The notes under the pieces: generated by a model
Seen by the model: the letters and a program-made list of their open reading frames with translations, nothing else
What the model was told of the DNA's origin: nothing
Database searches by the model: none
Origin: Alphaproteobacteria bacterium
Lineage (GTDB): Bacteria; Pseudomonadota; Alphaproteobacteria; SP197
Assembly (NCBI GenBank): GCA_964291415.2
Contig: OZ219920.1
Coordinates: 1,440,001 to 1,504,000, forward strand
Direction: 5' to 3'
DNA length: 64,000 bases
In this document: one piece after another, positions 59,824-64,000 of the stretch
Layout: each line of letters opens with the position of its first letter
Numbering within the stretch: position 1 is the first letter of the stretch
Position numbers and translations under genes: made by a program

Positions 59824-61281
59824 TCAGCTGTCGAGGCCGGCAACGCAGACGTACTTGGATTCGACGTACTCGTCGATCCCCATGTGGCTGCCTTCGCGCC
59901 CGATCCCGGATTCCTTGACCCCGCCGAACGGCGCCACCTCGGTGGAGATGATGCCGGTGTTGACGCCGACGATACCGTACTCCAGCCCTTCGCTGACACG
60001 CCAGATGCGGCCTATGTCACGGGCATAGAAATAGCTGGCGAGGCCGAACTCCGTGTCGTTGGCGAGGGCTACCGCCTCGTCTTCGCGCTCGAACCGAAAG
60101 AGTGGCGCCAGGGGACCGAAGGTCTCGTCGCGTGCCACAAGCATCTGCGGATTGACGTCGGCCATGACCGTCGGCTCGAAGAAGGTGCCGCCGAGCGCGT
60201 GACGCTGACCGCCAACGAGGAGACGCGCACCCTTTGCCGAAGCATCGGCAATGTGCTCTTCCACCTTGTCGACAGCGGCCTGGTTGATCAACGGCCCCTG
60301 CACGACGCCCTCATCGAGGCCATTGCCCACCTTCATCTCGGCAACCCGTACCGCGAGTTTCTCGGCAAAGGCATCGTGGACCGCGGACTGCACGTAGATC
60401 CGGTTGGCGCACACGCAGGTCTGTCCCATGTTGCGGAACTTCGACTGGATGGCGCCCTCGACCGCGGCATCGAGGTCGGCGTCGTCGAACACCAGGAAGG
60501 GCGCGTTGCCACCCAGCTCCATGGTGACCTTCTTGACCGTGGATGCCGCCTGTTCCATCAGCATCTTGCCGATCTCCGTGGAGCCGGTGAAGGTGATCTT
60601 GCGAACCAGGGGATTGCCTGTGAGTTCGCTGCCGATCTCCGCCGACTTGCCGGTGAGGATGTTGAGAGCACCCTTCGGCAGTCCGGCGCGTTCGCCAAGA
60701 TCTGCGAGAGCGAAGGCCGAATAGGGTGTTTCGGTCGCCGGCTTGCAGACAATGGTGCAGCCCGCGGCGAGCGCCGGTCCCGCCTTGCGCGTGATCATGG
60801 CCGAAGGAAAGTTCCAGGGCGTGATCGCACCCACAACACCGACGGGTTCGCGCAACACCAGGATGCGGCGATCGACGAGGTGCTGGGGAATGGTCTCGCC
60901 GTAGACTCTCTTGCCCTCTTCGGCAAACCACTCGATGAAGCTTGCCGCATAGGCGATCTCGCCACGCGCCTCGGCGAGGGGCTTGCCCTGTTCGAGGGTC
61001 ATGAGCTGCGCCAGGTCTTCCTGGTTCTCGAGCATCAGCTCGAACCAGCGGCGCAGCACCGACGCCCGCTCCTTCGCCGTCTTGGCCTTCCAGGCCGGCA
61101 GTGCCGCAGCCGCGGCATCGACGGCTCTGCGGGTCTCGGACGTACCCATCCTGGGAATGGTCCCGAGCACGCCGGACGTGGCCGGATTCCTGACATCGAT
61201 GGTTTCGCCCGAATCGGCGTCGCACCAGGCGCCATCGATGTAGCACTGTTGGCGAAACAGGGTTGCGTCACTGAGATCCAT
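59824..61281 (-). CDS. gabD: Succinate-semialdehyde dehydrogenase, NAD(P)+ (GabD-type)
   Basis: ITPWNFP, FTGST, ELGGNAP, GQTCVC, ETFGP. Confidence 0.9.
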   Translation of the reverse strand: MDLSDATLFRQQCYIDGAWCDADSGETIDVRNPATSGVLGTIPRMGTSETRRAVDAAAAALPAWKAKTAKERASVLRRWFELMLENQEDLAQLMTLEQGKPLAEARGEIAYAASFIEWFAEEGKRVYGETIPQHLVDRRILVLREPVGVVGAITPWNFPSAMITRKAGPALAAGCTIVCKPATETPYSAFALADLGERAGLPKGALNILTGKSAEIGSELTGNPLVRKITFTGSTEIGKMLMEQAASTVKKVTMELGGNAPFLVFDDADLDAAVEGAIQSKFRNMGQTCVCANRIYVQSAVHDAFAEKLAVRVAEMKVGNGLDEGVVQGPLINQAAVDKVEEHIADASAKGARLLVGGQRHALGGTFFEPTVMADVNPQMLVARDETFGPLAPLFRFEREDEAVALANDTEFGLASYFYARDIGRIWRVSEGLEYGIVGVNTGIISTEVAPFGGVKESGIGREGSHMGIDEYVESKYVCVAGLDS

Positions 61282-61362
61282 GGGAAATCCTCGCAAGGTT
61301 CAAGAGAAAAGACGGACAGCTGCCGGGGAGGGCGAATGTAGACCCCGGCGGCGTGATTGGGA

Positions 61363-62547
61363 ATGACAGAATTCGACTTTGACCTGGTGACCGACCGGCA
61401 CGGCACGAGCGCCGCCAAGTGGGCACACGCGCCTGCAGAGGGTGCCCCTCCCCTGCTGGCAATGTCCGTCGCCGACATGGAAATTCCGGCGCCGGATCCG
61501 GTGCTGAAAGCGATGGCCGAACGCGTCGAACACGGCATTTTCGGTTACACCATGGCCGGTGACGCCTACAACGAAGCCGTTGCTGCCTGGCAGATGGAGC
61601 GTCATCACCACGCCATCAGTCCAGAGTGGGTGGTGACCCATCACGGCGTCCTTCCCTCGCTCTTTCAAGTGATTCGCGCCTTCCTGCCCCAGGGATCCGG
61701 CATCGTGGTGATGACTCCTGCGTTCCCGCCCTTTCTCGATGCCATCGTCCTCAACGGCCATCGCGTCGTTACCTGCGGGCTGACGCGCCACGAGGACACT
61801 TACGCCATCGACTTCGAGGCCTTCGAGGAGGCCTGTGGTGATCCCGCCGTGCGGCTCTTCATCCTGTGCAATCCCCACAATCCGACCGGACGCAACTTCA
61901 CGGCGGACGAGCTTCACCGCCTTGCGGACATCGCCGCACGACACCGGGTCATGGTCTTCGCAGACGAGATTCACGGCGATCTCGTCATGCCTCCCGGGCG
62001 CCTGGTGCCCTTCCTGTCGGTCTGCGACGGTCTTGACATCGAGGTGATAGCGGCAAACGGCCTTTCCAAGACGATGAACCTCGCCGGCTTGGGCCTCAGC
62101 AATCTCACCATTCCATCCCGTGCGCTTCGCGAACGGTTCGAGGATGCCGTGCACAGGAGCGGAGAATGGGGGGTCAACCCGGTCTCCCGGGCAGCCGCTC
62201 TCGCCGGTTACGCCCACGGCGGCGCCTGGCTCGACGCGCTGCTTGATCACATTGCGGGCAACATGGCGCTCGTCGACGACTGGTGCGCCCGGGAATTTGC
62301 CGGCGTGGTGGCCCCGGTCAGAGCCGAGGCCACCTACCTGAAGTGGATCGACACCACGGGAACCGGCCTTGACGAGGAGGACCTCATGGACCGTCTGATC
62401 AACGGGCAGGGACTGATCGTTCAGGCGGGAAGCGACTTCGGCGCCATGGCGCGGGGATTCCTGCGCCTCAATCTTGCCTGTCCCCGTACCATGGTGACGA
62501 CGGCCATGACCCGCATCGCGAGGGCCATCGGGCCGGCGAAGGGCTGA
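61363..62547 (+). CDS. MalY/PatB family PLP-dependent C-S lyase
   Basis: VADM, HGIFGY, CNPHNPTG, DEIH, SKTMNLAG, RLNLAC. Confidence 0.9.
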   Translation: MTEFDFDLVTDRHGTSAAKWAHAPAEGAPPLLAMSVADMEIPAPDPVLKAMAERVEHGIFGYTMAGDAYNEAVAAWQMERHHHAISPEWVVTHHGVLPSLFQVIRAFLPQGSGIVVMTPAFPPFLDAIVLNGHRVVTCGLTRHEDTYAIDFEAFEEACGDPAVRLFILCNPHNPTGRNFTADELHRLADIAARHRVMVFADEIHGDLVMPPGRLVPFLSVCDGLDIEVIAANGLSKTMNLAGLGLSNLTIPSRALRERFEDAVHRSGEWGVNPVSRAAALAGYAHGGAWLDALLDHIAGNMALVDDWCAREFAGVVAPVRAEATYLKWIDTTGTGLDEEDLMDRLINGQGLIVQAGSDFGAMARGFLRLNLACPRTMVTTAMTRIARAIGPAKG

Positions 62548-62556
62548 AGCGACCGC

Positions 62557-64000
62557 CTATTCTACCGTGACACTCTTGGCGAGATTGCGCGGCTGATCGA
62601 CATCCGTGCCTTTGCGCACGGCCGCGTGGTAGGCGATCATCTGCACCGGAATCGCGTGAACAAGCGGCGTGACGAGCGCGTCGACGGTTGGCAGGACAAC
62701 TGTCCTGTCGGCGACAGGGCCCGCACCGGCCGCGCCGGTCTCGTCGGTAATGAGAATGATCCTGCCCCCTCGCGCCCTCGCTTCCTCCACGTTGGACATC
62801 GTCTTGTCGAAGAGATCATCACCCGGGGCAACGACGATGACCGGAACATGCTCGTCGATCAGCGCGATCGGCCCGTGCTTCATCTCTCCTGCGGCATGGG
62901 CCTCCGCGTGAATGTAGCTGATCTCCTTCAGCTTCAGCGCTCCCTCCATGGCAATGACCGCAGACGTGCCGCGGCCGAGGTAGAGAACGTGGCGCGACTC
63001 CGCAATGTCTGAGGCGATTCGCCGGAACTCCTCTTCCATGGCGATGACGCGCGCCAGTGTCGAGGGCAGTGTGGTCAGCACACCGGCGAGGCGGGCGATC
63101 TCACGCTGATCGATGACCCCGCGGTCACGCGCCGTCGCCACGGCGAGGCAGAGGAGGACGGCGATCTGCGAGGTGAAGGTCTTGGTTGCGGCCACACCGA
63201 TCTCGGGCCCGGCGTGGGTGGCGAGCACAAGGTCCGCCTCCCTTGCCACCGTGCTGGTCTCGGTATTGGTGACCGCGAGGACGGTCCTGCCGAGACCACG
63301 GGCATAGCGCATCGCGGCCAGGGTGTCGGCGGTCTCTCCCGACTGCGAGATGAAGACACCGAGACTGTCCTCGACCATCGGCGCCTGGCGGTAGCGGAAC
63401 TCCGAGGCAATGTCCGCGTCGGCGGGCAGCCTGGCCAGCCGTTCGAGCCAGTACTTGCCGATGAGAGCTGCATAGTAGGCCGTGCCGCAGGCGATCAGGG
63501 TCATCCGTTCGACCGCGCCGGGGCCAAGCGAAGCGCCGGGAATCGTGATTGAACCCGCCTCGGGGTCGAGGTAGCGGCCCAGGGTTTCGCCAACGGCCAC
63601 CGGTTGCTCATGGATTTCCTTCTCCATGAAGTGGCGGTAGTTCCCCTTCCCGATCACCGCGCCGGAGAGTTCGGTATCCACGACCGGGCGCTCCACGGGA
63701 CGACCACCCGTGTCGAGAATGTCGATACCGTCACGGCGAACAAGAGCAAGGTCGTCCTCTTCCAGGTAGGAGACCTTGCGGGTGTGACCGGCAAGGGCGA
63801 TGGCATCGGAGGCAAGGAAGAGACCTGCTTCGCCCCAGCCCACCGCAAGCGGTGCTCCCCGCCTTGCTCCGGCAAGCACCACATCGTCGCCCTCGATGAG
63901 AAGGGCGAGGGCGAACATGCCCTCGAGACGGTCCATCAGGGCGATTACCGCCGCCGCCGGAGTCCCCTCGGTTTCCAGCAACGCGTCAAACAGGTGGGCC
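62557..64000 (-). CDS. glmS: Glutamine-fructose-6-phosphate transaminase, N-terminus beyond the window
   Basis: SQSGETADT, EGALKLKEISY, C-terminal DQPRNLAKSVTVE. Confidence 0.97.
   Translation of the reverse strand, partial: AHLFDALLETEGTPAAAVIALMDRLEGMFALALLIEGDDVVLAGARRGAPLAVGWGEAGLFLASDAIALAGHTRKVSYLEEDDLALVRRDGIDILDTGGRPVERPVVDTELSGAVIGKGNYRHFMEKEIHEQPVAVGETLGRYLDPEAGSITIPGASLGPGAVERMTLIACGTAYYAALIGKYWLERLARLPADADIASEFRYRQAPMVEDSLGVFISQSGETADTLAAMRYARGLGRTVLAVTNTETSTVAREADLVLATHAGPEIGVAATKTFTSQIAVLLCLAVATARDRGVIDQREIARLAGVLTTLPSTLARVIAMEEEFRRIASDIAESRHVLYLGRGTSAVIAMEGALKLKEISYIHAEAHAAGEMKHGPIALIDEHVPVIVVAPGDDLFDKTMSNVEEARARGGRIILITDETGAAGAGPVADRTVVLPTVDALVTPLVHAIPVQMIAYHAAVRKGTDVDQPRNLAKSVTVE

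Overview
GC-rich alphaproteobacterial chromosome segment. The centre (16.7-48.7 kb, minus strand) is the conserved translation/transcription supercluster: tRNA-Tyr/Gly-tuf-tRNA-Trp-secE-nusG-rplKAJL-rpoBC-str-S10-spc-adk-alpha. The left flank has dgcN/dgcA-like D-Glu catabolism genes, two PLP enzymes, mgtE, tRNA-Leu, lipB, pccAB and ATP12-rluC-crcB-rarA. The right flank has rlmB, an ~8.8 kb accessory patch (higA remnant, HAL-like lyase, orphan Tat-exported SBP, AAA-DUF4143, rubredoxin-MBL, class II aldolase, Xre-RES), then tRNA-Thr, gor, gabD, a patB-like gene and glmS. Most notable: (1) RpoB is 1611 aa because the beta-i4/SI1 insertion is tandemly triplicated; (2) a SoFic-like fic gene is bracketed by two 56-bp palindromic promoter/operator-like direct repeats next to tRNA-Leu; (3) a HAL-fold lyase lacks the MIO-forming Ala-Ser-Gly triad and follows an orphan SBP; (4) RpoB carries D516E in the rifampicin pocket; (5) the two nearly identical tuf copies have anomalous G/T-ending codons. 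All family calls come from motif recognition by eye; no database searches were run.
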